Source: Asterionella formosa
Lineage: Eukaryota
Assembly: GCA_002256025.1 (NCBI GenBank)
Contig: NKIB01014098.1
Location: forward strand, 1-47,776
Direction of reading: 5' to 3'
DNA length: 47,776 nucleotides
The notes beneath the pieces are model-generated. The model saw nothing but the letters and a program-made list of their open reading frames with translations. It made no database searches and was not told the DNA's origin. Numbering within the stretch: the stretch's first letter is position 1; the number at the start of each line of letters is the position of its first letter. The position numbers were made by a program, and so were the translations under genes. Shown in pieces: positions 21,017 through 32,077 of this stretch.

Positions 21017-22179
21017 GGTTGCAGCCCCGGTTTAATCCTAGTTTGGAGAAAATATCGCTAGGGTTATAAAACCGGCGTGGAACAGAGAGTTTCCTACTAT
21101 GAATTCCCATGATTCAAGTGTCCATTTGAATATTTGAATTAAAAAGGAATCGGCGCCAGATTAATACTAGAATTCCATTTGAAACAAACAAAAATGATAT
21201 TTAAACGTTAATACAATATCTTCATTGCTGAATGTAGACATGATTTTGCTCTACGCCAAAACACATATACAAATCAGGAGTATGCCAACGTGTATGCTCA
21301 TGGTTCGTGTTTATACGTTATATTGAATCTACGCTGCTGGATGTTAGTTTAATAAAGATCAGCACGGTACCAGGTACTGAAGTACCAGAGTACCGGTGTC
21401 CCGGCACCTGGTAGTACATATTCTGCTAGGTTCATGATGATGGAAGACAGGATGAAACTAGTGCCAGTATAATGGTACTGATTTTACCTGCTGGTAGTGT
21501 GTACATTTAATACGTGTGGTTCAAGTGTGGCTGGCGTGATTTTACAAGACCGGAATACTTCAGCCAATCTGGAGCAGGTAAGTAAATTCAATTCAACCAA
21601 TCAGAATATGAGTAATGACGCGGCAACGTACCCTGGAGTCTTTTCGGACTGGCTGAGAGTTAGGGACTAAGCAGCAAAACATACCTACGCAAGACTCTAA
21701 GTCTACTAGAACGTTTAGAATATACAAATTACGATTCCAATATTTTGGCGATTGTTGAAAAAGCCGATCGGGTCGACTTTTTGGAGGAGGATTACTCTAC
21801 ATCTGCGGGTTTCATCAATATTAAAGTAGATAGCCGTGTACCCTGTAACGTCAGGAATTAACTTCTGGAGAGAAACTGCAGTTATGTATCGTAGATTTTT
21901 AGAAAGCTTCGTAGCCCCTTTTTTGCGATTGCTACGATTCTACGATACATTACTGCAGTTTCTTTCCAGAAATGAGGTCCTTACCATATCCGAAGATAGA
22001 ACATACCCCTAAGTCGACCCATGACTGTATCTAAGCATGTGCAAAGTGGTCATATTGGTGAAAGCTAATTTTACCTTTAACTACTTTATGTAATTGTACG
22101 TAATGTGTGGATTAAGGTACATCATATAATGATTTTGGGAAAAAAGGACCTCACAATGTGTAACTGCAGGGCCGCAACC
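21017..22179 (+). mobile_element. Non-autonomous TTAA-flanked TIR element (Kolobok-like), copy 2
   Basis: TTAA|GGTTGCAGCCC ... GGGCCGCAACC|TTAA (TIR 10/11; TTAA at 21013-21016 and 22180-22183). GG...CC termini with a TTAA target fit Kolobok rather than piggyBac. No transposase is present. Confidence 0.72.
21863..21971. repeat. Long inverted repeat (33-bp arms, 2 mismatches)
   Basis: TTCTGGAGAGAAACTGCAGTTATGTATCGTAGA / TCTACGATACATTACTGCAGTTTCTTTCCAGAA. Confidence 0.92.
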
Positions 22180-22873
22180 TTAAATCGAAAACCGGTCAAT
22201 CTTGTCTGGCAGGCATGGGATGAATCATTGAGAGTGAATTGTAACTGAAAAGGTGCACACAAAATGTGCGCTACCGGACCTTACCTTCATTGCATATCGC
22301 TCCTCATCTCCAAATAAATACCCATATACCGGTAAAATTACCAGTTAAAAAGCTTACCGCTACAACGACTGTTGAACTGTAAGCCACTGCTGCTAAATGA
22401 AGTAAATGCATGGTTTGAACTAAGTTTACAAGATACGCCAATTATTTTCACAAAGGAGTTGCTCAGCTGTATATATGGAGTAAATACTTATGTAATTGTT
22501 GCATTTTGTAAGTTGTTAATTACTTATTACTGCCCAAAGGTTGCTGTCAACACCCCGAAATTGCAAAAAATGGATATTTTCACATTAACTCTATTGGGCT
22601 GGCATCGCCGATTCTCCACCTGTATATATACAAGAATAAAAATATTCTTCTGATAGAATTTATTCAATATAATTATTAAAAAAATTATACATGGATAGGA
22701 CATCATTGTGCTTTTAAATACACTATGCTGCGTCAGAAGAATTTGGTGATGATGCAAGGAGCGCAAAAAGCATACCCATACTGTATCGCACATAACAGGG
22801 AAAGTAATATACAAAAAGAATTTCTGTATTAGTATAAACGGAGTAATAACAATCACGGTTAGGCTGAAACTTA

Positions 22874-23976
22874 CGGTGCACGAAATACGAAGATCGAATA
22901 TTGCAAAGCTATCATGGCAAAATCTTCGATCTTCGTATTTGGGAAATTTTATGGCCACCTTACGGTCCCAAAGATTAAATAGTATGTCAATCCATACGTC
23001 AAATGACCAATCTCGAGAATTGAAAATTATTTCCTAAATGAAAATTAGTGGTATCGTCCACAGGAATATTATAGTAATTAATTATAATGAAAATTGTCAA
23101 CACTCAATGCTCCATCATCATCATTGCTGTTGTTGATTTAAGGTGATCGGCCTTCACATCGTCCTATCTCCTTTCTCCTCTGCTCCCACCACCAGTATCT
23201 CTCTATTATCACAATGGCGACTGAAGGACCAACAGAATACTCAACTGAGGAGGAGCATTCCTTTTGCAACCATATTCGATATTGGATAAGCAGCCCCATT
23301 CAAGTGCACATGCTTCGAAGTGTGCAGATTGCCATTATATTTGCTGCTGGTTGTGAAATTCAACACAGGTTTGCATCTAGGGAGGAGAAGAAATTTCGAG
23401 ATATGGCTGAAGCGTATTTTCGAATTCTGGATGAAGACCTTGAGGATGATTTTCCAAATGGAACTGAGAAACCAGCTCATTTCGCAACGCAGCTGGCAAG
23501 GCTGCTGGTAGTTGCCTCCATGGCTGTACACACAGTTGATAATGTGCCAGGAAGGTTGACTATAGCATTAGCGGAGTCGTCATGTCACAAATTATTATCA
23601 TAACAAAAATATTAAAAGTAAGAATTATTATTTTTATAATATCTAGGGCAATAATAATGACAATACTACTACCGGTACAATAGAAGTGTTGAAGTACCGA
23701 ATACTATATCATCAGTATATGTGATGACGACTATGTATTGTTTCCGCCATTCTGATTGGAAGAGACAATCCTTGTTTGCCCGAAGATTGTTCAAGAAAAT
23801 GAAAAGATTGGGTCAATATTAGGGACGACCCTCGAAATTTTCGGGCGAACGAAGATTAATCTTCGTAATCGGGGGGGGGGGGGGGGGGTGGGGGGGTATT
23901 TAGCCCGTAATGGACGAAAATACGAAGATTAAACCCCCAACATCTGGGCGACTGAATCTTCGTAATTCGGGCACCG
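22874..23976. mobile_element. Non-autonomous TIR element with TA flanks (Tc1/mariner-like) and subterminal CGAAGAT repeats
   Basis: TA|CGGTGCACGAAATACGAAGAT ... ATCTTCGTAATTCGGGCACCG|TA (19/21 match). CGAAGAT/ATCTTCG motifs cluster at both ends, and a G18-T-G7 tract lies at 23871-23896. Confidence 0.8.
23214..23603 (+). CDS. Hypothetical 129-aa protein carried inside the TIR element
   Basis: ATG-initiated intact ORF (context ACAATGG), flanked by AT-rich sequence. No recognisable domain. Confidence 0.45.
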   Translation: MATEGPTEYSTEEEHSFCNHIRYWISSPIQVHMLRSVQIAIIFAAGCEIQHRFASREEKKFRDMAEAYFRILDEDLEDDFPNGTEKPAHFATQLARLLVVASMAVHTVDNVPGRLTIALAESSCHKLLS

Positions 23977-24580
23977 TAAGACGGGGCCTTACCGGTAGGG
24001 GGGAAATATATGCATGTACCAAAAGAAAAATGCCGGGTATGCGCTCTTATAAGCCACGGCTATACAACAATCTTGATGACTTTGAAAAAAATAGATCTTC
24101 GTAGCACCTCTCCACACTGAATCAAAACTAATTACTTATTCGTTGAGTACCGGTAGAGTGCATAGTTACCGGTATACCGGTAGGCAGCTAGAGCATTTCC
24201 TATACTCACTCGTACGTCACAATATACAATGCTGTTTCTTGATCCCCACCGCCTGCCAGCTCGTTTCCACAGACACATGAATGCATAATTCTAAAATACA
24301 ATTTATTCAAAAATAAATACTTTTAATATAAACAACCGAAAATATGTAAACGTTCATCGCAGGCAGGCTTCTATATAAAATAATATTACCGTTTCGCAAA
24401 GTTAACAGGCAATATATACACATGTTGTTTTACACGGATTAGTGCTCGACACCCTCGCCGCTCACGACGGTAGGCAAGCGCAGGAACACAACGAATCACT
24501 CTCCTATCGCAACTTTCCTCTTGGTGGATCTGTGAAACTAACAGCACAATTCAAACCTGCATACCTTCCATTAAGGCAAG

Positions 24581-27500
24581 ATGGCAACATCGTTGTCGCA
24601 GTCCACTGCGGCCTCCGCCAAAAGTCGATATCTGGCGGCGCTGCATGGGGATTCTGCACCGGTAGAACTCAAGGTCAACAGGTCGCCAAACCAATATTCG
24701 AAAACCAGCGCAAAGGATGTAGCAGCTGGTTCCTCTCGAGGGGTGCTAGCGTCCTATCCCCCTCCACCGCCGCCGCCACCGCCACCTCCCAAGGTTGCGA
24801 AGAATAGCATGCATAGTGGTAGCGAACGAGTCCTGGCGAGATGGCAGGTGGCGACGGCAGGTGAAAAGTCGTTGCAAGCGAATCAGAAGTCAACTGGTTT
24901 TGTCGCAAACATCGTGCCCCCTCCTCCTCCGCCGCCGCCCCCCATTGAGGACAAGAAAAAGAGAATGTCGCCTCATTTCATTACCAAGTCGGAAGTACCC
25001 AGTTGGGTCAAGAAATCTAGCAGCATTGAGGACGAGCCGAACGCTGGACATGGCGGCATCAAGGATGTGCCAAGGAATTCTGTGCAGACTTCGTCCTTTC
25101 TACAAGCATCACTTAATTTGACCTCGCAAAATAGTTCCTCTATTCCAAATGAACAGCGGCAATGTGTAGTTTCGCAGTCTCCCCGGAAGTTTCAAGTGAA
25201 CCAGTCTACGTCAGCTCCTGAATCGCCTCGCAATCAATGGGACACCAAAGAGATTCCTGTCGGTGTAGTCAGCCATATAAACAAAGACAAGTTTCTGAAT
25301 TTTGAAAGTCAGAACACTGGCGTGGAGAACCGAATGATGTCCCCACAGTTGAGACAGATGAAATCACAGTGGATGCCAGACGCTGAAATCCCCCCTGGCA
25401 CTGTCAGCGGTCGCAAGGCTGCCTTTATCGGCGGCACTGCTTCAGACAAGAAGACAAGTTTATCTGGTTCGGGTAAGCCACTCGATTTGCTTGGCGCGGG
25501 AAGTACCAAATTCGGTACGCTTACTACGGATGACCCAGCAATGCAACATCTGACTGCTCCTCCAACAACGACAAGTGTTTCTACTCGAGATGTAGGACGA
25601 AGTACTTTTGGGTCTGGGAGCCTCAGCGCCGACAGTGCACTTGACATGCTCGTACCACAAACAGCGTCCCCGCGAAGGCTGGCAGAGCCTCCTACGCCTA
25701 CCCCCGACAGTGTTTCTGCACTAGAGATTGGACTTGATACTTTTGGGTCTGCGAGCGTCAGCTCCGATAGTGCTCTTGATATGCTCGCACCACAACTATC
25801 TTCCCCACTAAGTCTGGCAGAGCCTACCATATCTCCCCACAAAAGTAATGTCGACGACCCCAGAGAATCGGATCCCTGGAGTGTTCCGATTGTAGCGTCG
25901 GGGCATCCTTGTTGGGGTGACGAAGATGTACCCCAATCCACGTCGCAAGACATTTGGGACGACGGTCATGATTGGTTCGGTGAAAATAATGATGGCGATG
26001 ATGAAGCCGATAACGATTTTGTTGACAAAGTACTCATGTCTCCCACTAATGACACGTTGGAAAGCAGCGAAGTGTACCTTTCAGAGAGTAATAGCGAAGA
26101 TGATGCTTTCGCTCAAGTGATGAGCACACGGTCGTCAACTTCAAATTCGCTGATGAATATTGTGAATTCACAACTTCATTCCTCGAATGCTCATCGTCAT
26201 ATGCCGCCTATTTTGACTATCTCGGAATCTATGAGTAGCCCACGGTCTGCTGGACCGGTTGACGTGGACGACAGTTGCAGCGACGAAAATGGGGACGACC
26301 CGGAGGAGGATATTGTCAAGATTCTACCCAAGATAGCGCTTTCTCTGACAACTGCTAAGTCGACAGCTCCTCCCTCTCTTCCTGTGACTCCGATTGCTGC
26401 CATCCCAAGTCAACATACTTCTCTTGATGTCGCGATTGAAACGCCGACACTATTCTTAAACAGTCCGGAGACCACGGAAATTGATGAAAACGTTTCTGGG
26501 GCGATTCCTCTCAAGGCTGCGGATGAAGAAGAATTGTTCGTTGTGCAATCTGATGTGAAGAAAAAAGAAGGCAAGAAGCGGCGTGGGATCTTAAAATTTT
26601 TTGGTATCAATAAAGATTCTTTCAAGAAGAAGGACACGAAGGAGGTAAAAAACAACAAGAATCTTGCCAAGTCGAAGAATACTCGTGGTGGAAAGGATGT
26701 GCGTGGAAAGACCGTTCACGATTCGGATTCAAAACAGCTTGTTGAGGGCAGCAAGCAAGATGACCGTGCTGGGCCAGTTGTTCCTGTCGTAACTTTGCAA
26801 GAAGAAAGGAGCTCAACCAAAGAACCAGTGACGGTGGATGAACTTGTAGTCCCATTAGAAACCGCCCATGATATGAGAGCTGTGCTTGTGCCTCTAAAAA
26901 CTTTACCCGAGTCAAGTTCAACCAATGGCAGACCTACCAAAACTGCCAAGCCGTTTTCTATTGAAAACAACCCAGCTGACGATGGACAAGAAAATGTGAA
27001 AACTAGTCCTTCGAAGCCTAGCCATTTTTCGTATCAAACCGGATTAGACGATGGGTCCATTGTCTCGGAAATGACAAACCCAACAGTCTTTACCAAAATC
27101 AAAGCTTTAGAAGCTTTGGAAGAAAAATCTTCTGGACCGAGTGTAGTAGAAGACTATGCAGTAACAGTTGCGCCAAAACCTGTACTGTTAACAGAGGAAA
27201 CGGCAAATAACTTGACAACCCGACAAGCTCTTGATCCCTTTGATCTGAACTCCCCTGTATTTGCTAGTGGCGATCCCTTCGGATTTGGAAACATGGATAT
27301 GTCCACTCAAGATGCTGACCCATTTGGCGATTTTTTTTTCGAGAGTGCGTCCGTATCAAGTCAGTTAACACCAAGGCAGTCACAACGCGCAGTAGAGCCG
27401 CTTTTAGCTCAATCTTTGCAAGATTCTGAACCGATCGCGGATTCTCGAATGCCATCGCTTGCTGTTAAGTCGTTTTACCAGGAAGTGCCAGAACAGGGTT

Positions 27501-30500
27501 TATCACCCAAGTTTGCAATCCGGGTGGAAAGCCCGAAAATTAATCTGGAGCCAGAAGAGCCGTTTGATTTCAGTGGCTCCGAGATTGACTTGAAGAATTC
27601 CGCTGAAATGGAGCCTCCGTCCCTCTCCCGCAAACCTGACCCAATCCAATCACCTCTCAATCATGTACCAATTGACACCATCCCCGTTGTGGACGGTGAT
27701 TCTGATCCTGAGATTTACATGGCTTCCACCGATGAAGAGGAGGAGAATGGTATTCATTCAAATGAAGTTGAAACCCTGAATCAGCGACTTTCTGTTTCTT
27801 CGGGAGGGCTTCCTCTTGCCTCGCTAGTTTTTAATAATGGCGATTCCCTAGATCTCAATAAGAATTCGCCAGATTGTACTCCACGAAGAGGCAGCCATCG
27901 AGACATTTCAAAAATTTCCATTCGTAGCAGGAATCCCGAATTACAGGTAGAGACTGATGACAGATCATGGTCTTCTCCAGTTTCACTCAAATCAGCTAAT
28001 GAAGCATGTAGTATGCCCTCCAAGGACCAATCATTCGATTCAAGTGCTGCTGTGTACCCTTCTCAAAGTGCTGCGCTCAACAACAAGCTTCGAAAGAAGC
28101 GCATGGAAAAGAAATTGCGAAAGGCGGGGATCCTAGATGAAAAGGCCCAAGAAAACGACGTGTATCAAACCTCACCTTCCCCAAGGACCGCCCCCTTGAG
28201 AGCGTCAATATCTTTAGGAGTCCAAGAAGATTTTTTAAAAAACGAGAGTACAGAAAAGGCAATAGAGCATAGCTCTTCGCCTTCCTTGACGACCACCGCC
28301 CCTTCAGTTTTGACTACACGTTACTCTAACTCCTCTGTTCCTCCACGGACTGAACAAGTGTCATTATCTCCTAAGGCGGGGAATGTTGACGACGCGATAT
28401 CACGGTCTATTGTTAAAGCCATGGTACCAGACAAAGAATCAGACGCCGTCTCTGTGATTTCTGGAACTTCTACGCTTAGCCGTGATGCAATGAAGATTAG
28501 AAGACCTGCCAAAAACGATTCCTCCGAAGTAGTAGAAGTTTTGGCAAAAGGTACCAATAGAAATTTGCCTCGATCGATTCTTCGGAAGCCTAATCGTGCG
28601 GTTGCTGAAGCCGACAAACCCGCGCTTGGCTTCGATGAGAATAAAGTCACGGACCCCATGCACCGTGCTGGTCTTCGCTTGCTAGCAGCTGCAGTGATTC
28701 CAATCCAAGCTGCAATTCGAAGATTCTTAGCAAAGCGTGAAGCTCTTAACCGAATGTGGGCCATTGTTACTATTCAGACCTACACACGTCGTTGGTTCGT
28801 ACAAAAGCAACTAGCGGACAAGAACAATGCTGCAATTACAATTCAGAAAGTTTTTCGTGGTTGGTTTGCTCGAGATTTTGTAGAAGATCAACACTATTGC
28901 GCAACACAGATCCAACGAGTTGTACGGGGGTACTTTGCGACATTGGCAGTATATGAAGCAATATACAAAGTTACACTTATTCAGAGCTACGTACGCATGA
29001 AGATCGCGGTCGACGAAGCAACATATAAAATGGCTTTTATCATCCAGCTTCAGTCAATAATTCGAAGCTATTTAGTCCGCAAACAGCGGCAACGGCTCGA
29101 CGCATATGCTACCGTAATCCAAAAATCATGGCGCTGTCATGCTACAAGACAGAACTATCAATTTGACGTCTTGGATATTGTCCTAGTTCAATGCCTGTAC
29201 CGTCAGAATAAGGCTCGTGCGTTGGTAGAAAAGAAACGGCAAGAGCGCTTTGTTAAATGCGCCACGATTTTGCAGGCACAATGGAGATCCTATGATTGCA
29301 CAATGAATTATCTCCATTACCTAGCTGATGTACTCATTGTACAGAGTACGATTCGGCGATGGACTGCAGCCACTCATGTTAGGAAGTTACGCAATCAATT
29401 GAACTTTTCGTCTGCAAGGAAGATTCAATCTCAAGCCAGAGGATTTATAGTCCGCAACAACATCCAAAGGATCAACGCTGCTACATCTATTCAAACGGCG
29501 TGGAGAGGGTTTGTTTGTTATGCTGACTATATGTTTACTATTGCAGATGTTGTGATCGTCCAAACTTGCATGCGGTCTTGGCTGGCAAGAAGAGAATCCG
29601 ATGCAGTTCGCCTGGCTCGAGACAATGAATACATTAAGCCCTTGCAAACACTTTGGCGTGGTTATAATGCTCGACAGAATTTCATTAGCTACAGAAAAAA
29701 CGTGATACTCTCCCAGAGTGTGATTCGTCGTTTCGTTGCATGGAGTAAGTATATGAAGGCCCTCACTGAGAAGTATGCAGCTGAAACTATCCAGCGTGGG
29801 TGGTGGGATTACCTCATACGTCGTGATGAGCGATATGCTGCTACTAGTATTCAAAGAGTTTGGAGGGGTTATCATTGCCAAACACTTTATAAAGCCGAAA
29901 TTCATGATTTTCGCGCTGCTCGTACCATTCAAACAGCGTGGCGAAAATTTTGGTTATTTTCCAATTTTATCATCATGTTGGATAGCGCTATTCGTATACA
30001 AGCGATTGGTAGAGGGTTTGTTGCTCGAAACCATATGGAAGAAATGAATATTGCTGCAACAATGATTCAAAGTCATACCCGTTGCTTTCTTGCCCGAAGA
30101 ACTGCTAGTAGAATGTCGATGATTGATGCAGTGATGTCATCAGGACGTGCCATTGCTGGAAACGAGACAAATGCAGCAATCGCGCTGCAAAGTCATGTTA
30201 GAGGATTTCAGGCGCGCTTTGCTGTCTTGCTGTTCCTTAAGGTCAGATTGATCCAGGCGTTCTGGAGGGGTACCAAAGAACGGCATGCATGGGTGATTTA
30301 CCGGTCGTCACGAAAGATACAAGCTGCTTGGCGAGGTTCCATTCCGAGGCGCTCGTATAATCAGTATCGTGCCGCTGTTCGTATTCAAAGTTGCTGGAGA
30401 CGTGCAAGCGCTCGCGATGAATACGTGAAGTATACGTCACCATCAAGTGCAGGAGTTCGTATCAAGAGGTGGTTGATCTTCCGAAGGGACAATAGTAACT

Positions 30501-32077
30501 GGGTTTATTTTATTACTCGCCACCGTGCTGCCATTCGAATCCAAACTTGGTTTAGATCGCAGCGAGACTTTGTCAATTACGAGCAATACAGAAGACTGAC
30601 GGTAGCAGCCATTGTTATCCAAAAGGCTTGGAGAGGTTTCTTATGTTACACTGACTACATATTCACAGTTGCTGATATCATTACTGTCCAGAGAGTTTGC
30701 CGTGGTTTTATCGGCCGTCACAGGGCCTACCATATTTGGTTACAAATCAAGCAGGAAGAATCGGCTTTTATCATTCAGCGTGTTTATCGCGGACATCGTG
30801 TTCGTTCGGGACCAGAGCTTCACTCTTTGGTTGTCCAATATCGCGAGCGACGTTACAACTTCGCAACCATTATCCAACGTCATTGGCGTGGTTTCGACAA
30901 AAAGCGACGCTATTGGTATCTGTTGGGCTGCTGTCTCCAGGCTCAACGTATTATTCGCGGGAGTATGGTTCGTATGCGCTTAGTGAAAGAACGCGAAAGT
31001 GTCGTCATGATTCAAAGCGTAATGAGGCGCTACATGGCCCGGGAGAAAGTCATGCAGTTGCGCTTCACCTTGATTCTTCGTCGCGCTGCTGAAAACGAAA
31101 TTCGAACTAGAATTGCTGCAAAGAAGGTACAATTTTGGTACAAGCGTGTTCTTCAGAATAGACGAGAGCACAGAAGTGCTTGTAAAATCCAAGGGTTCTT
31201 TCTCATGGTAAAGGCCATGGTTGAAAGGGAGGTGCGTGCTGAGAAGAAGCGTCGTAAGCTTAGAAAACTGATGAAAAACCGCACTCCTGCAATCGATGAA
31301 ATGCTCCTCGAGGATGCTTGGGCTGATTCTGTTTCGCCAAGGAATGAACCTGGTCCCGATATTGTCAGACGGGCGGAGATGGCCGCTGCAAATGCCTTGA
31401 ATGGTTCTCATGGGGGGAGTCGCTCTAGACGCTCATCATCACCAAGTGTTTCTCATCATCTCCAGACTTCAAAATCTGCCGAAAACACTTCAAATGCTGC
31501 AAATTCAAAAATTCATCATCGCACTGGCAGCGGCGGGGGAGTTACGAAAGTTCGAACGGGAGTCACTGTACACCGCTCGTCTACTTTGTCGACCCGAGCA
31601 GAAAGGAAGCGTCAAGACCAAGAAGCAGCCAGTCGAGCAGGCAGTCAATATAATCAAAAGAATTATCCACCTTCTGTTTATACTACCAAGGTTTATGGAG
31701 ACCACGTGTCCATTGCGCCTTACATCATGAAGGAACATCAAGATGAGCCTGGTCACCACCCAGATGACGATGACTGTTTGAGCGAGGTGTCAGGATTAAC
31801 GTCCGCCGCATCCCATTTTCGTCAACCTCCTCCAGCTCGTTTGAAAACGTTAACCAAGCGAGATCTTGATGATGATTTTTCATTGGAAGAGGCGTGGATC
31901 GACACTGAAATTCTCAGCGTGAAAGAGCGCATGTTAAGATCAGCGGAACAGCGCCACAGCTCACTTGATGATAACCTTAATACTTCCGGTCACATGACAA
32001 CAGCTTTGTCCCTACAAACAACCAAGGGTAGCATCAAGAACAGAGCACCGCCACCAGTCGAAACCTATCCAAGGTAA
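24581..32077 (+). CDS. Giant IQ-motif repeat protein (ASPM/Asp-like IQ array, no recognisable CH or motor domain), 2498 aa
   Basis: 7.5-kb uninterrupted ORF. The N-terminal half is poly-Pro and Ser/acidic low-complexity; dozens of IQxxxRGxxxR motifs lie in about 28690-31210. Confidence 0.9.
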   Translation: MATSLSQSTAASAKSRYLAALHGDSAPVELKVNRSPNQYSKTSAKDVAAGSSRGVLASYPPPPPPPPPPPKVAKNSMHSGSERVLARWQVATAGEKSLQANQKSTGFVANIVPPPPPPPPPIEDKKKRMSPHFITKSEVPSWVKKSSSIEDEPNAGHGGIKDVPRNSVQTSSFLQASLNLTSQNSSSIPNEQRQCVVSQSPRKFQVNQSTSAPESPRNQWDTKEIPVGVVSHINKDKFLNFESQNTGVENRMMSPQLRQMKSQWMPDAEIPPGTVSGRKAAFIGGTASDKKTSLSGSGKPLDLLGAGSTKFGTLTTDDPAMQHLTAPPTTTSVSTRDVGRSTFGSGSLSADSALDMLVPQTASPRRLAEPPTPTPDSVSALEIGLDTFGSASVSSDSALDMLAPQLSSPLSLAEPTISPHKSNVDDPRESDPWSVPIVASGHPCWGDEDVPQSTSQDIWDDGHDWFGENNDGDDEADNDFVDKVLMSPTNDTLESSEVYLSESNSEDDAFAQVMSTRSSTSNSLMNIVNSQLHSSNAHRHMPPILTISESMSSPRSAGPVDVDDSCSDENGDDPEEDIVKILPKIALSLTTAKSTAPPSLPVTPIAAIPSQHTSLDVAIETPTLFLNSPETTEIDENVSGAIPLKAADEEELFVVQSDVKKKEGKKRRGILKFFGINKDSFKKKDTKEVKNNKNLAKSKNTRGGKDVRGKTVHDSDSKQLVEGSKQDDRAGPVVPVVTLQEERSSTKEPVTVDELVVPLETAHDMRAVLVPLKTLPESSSTNGRPTKTAKPFSIENNPADDGQENVKTSPSKPSHFSYQTGLDDGSIVSEMTNPTVFTKIKALEALEEKSSGPSVVEDYAVTVAPKPVLLTEETANNLTTRQALDPFDLNSPVFASGDPFGFGNMDMSTQDADPFGDFFFESASVSSQLTPRQSQRAVEPLLAQSLQDSEPIADSRMPSLAVKSFYQEVPEQGLSPKFAIRVESPKINLEPEEPFDFSGSEIDLKNSAEMEPPSLSRKPDPIQSPLNHVPIDTIPVVDGDSDPEIYMASTDEEEENGIHSNEVETLNQRLSVSSGGLPLASLVFNNGDSLDLNKNSPDCTPRRGSHRDISKISIRSRNPELQVETDDRSWSSPVSLKSANEACSMPSKDQSFDSSAAVYPSQSAALNNKLRKKRMEKKLRKAGILDEKAQENDVYQTSPSPRTAPLRASISLGVQEDFLKNESTEKAIEHSSSPSLTTTAPSVLTTRYSNSSVPPRTEQVSLSPKAGNVDDAISRSIVKAMVPDKESDAVSVISGTSTLSRDAMKIRRPAKNDSSEVVEVLAKGTNRNLPRSILRKPNRAVAEADKPALGFDENKVTDPMHRAGLRLLAAAVIPIQAAIRRFLAKREALNRMWAIVTIQTYTRRWFVQKQLADKNNAAITIQKVFRGWFARDFVEDQHYCATQIQRVVRGYFATLAVYEAIYKVTLIQSYVRMKIAVDEATYKMAFIIQLQSIIRSYLVRKQRQRLDAYATVIQKSWRCHATRQNYQFDVLDIVLVQCLYRQNKARALVEKKRQERFVKCATILQAQWRSYDCTMNYLHYLADVLIVQSTIRRWTAATHVRKLRNQLNFSSARKIQSQARGFIVRNNIQRINAATSIQTAWRGFVCYADYMFTIADVVIVQTCMRSWLARRESDAVRLARDNEYIKPLQTLWRGYNARQNFISYRKNVILSQSVIRRFVAWSKYMKALTEKYAAETIQRGWWDYLIRRDERYAATSIQRVWRGYHCQTLYKAEIHDFRAARTIQTAWRKFWLFSNFIIMLDSAIRIQAIGRGFVARNHMEEMNIAATMIQSHTRCFLARRTASRMSMIDAVMSSGRAIAGNETNAAIALQSHVRGFQARFAVLLFLKVRLIQAFWRGTKERHAWVIYRSSRKIQAAWRGSIPRRSYNQYRAAVRIQSCWRRASARDEYVKYTSPSSAGVRIKRWLIFRRDNSNWVYFITRHRAAIRIQTWFRSQRDFVNYEQYRRLTVAAIVIQKAWRGFLCYTDYIFTVADIITVQRVCRGFIGRHRAYHIWLQIKQEESAFIIQRVYRGHRVRSGPELHSLVVQYRERRYNFATIIQRHWRGFDKKRRYWYLLGCCLQAQRIIRGSMVRMRLVKERESVVMIQSVMRRYMAREKVMQLRFTLILRRAAENEIRTRIAAKKVQFWYKRVLQNRREHRSACKIQGFFLMVKAMVEREVRAEKKRRKLRKLMKNRTPAIDEMLLEDAWADSVSPRNEPGPDIVRRAEMAAANALNGSHGGSRSRRSSSPSVSHHLQTSKSAENTSNAANSKIHHRTGSGGGVTKVRTGVTVHRSSTLSTRAERKRQDQEAASRAGSQYNQKNYPPSVYTTKVYGDHVSIAPYIMKEHQDEPGHHPDDDDCLSEVSGLTSAASHFRQPPPARLKTLTKRDLDDDFSLEEAWIDTEILSVKERMLRSAEQRHSSLDDNLNTSGHMTTALSLQTTKGSIKNRAPPPVETYPR

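Noticed and set aside
25309..31759. Numerous antisense and alternate-frame ORFs within the IQ gene (likewise within the copia and TLC gene)
   Set aside because: Shadow ORFs of long coding sequences with no independent evidence.
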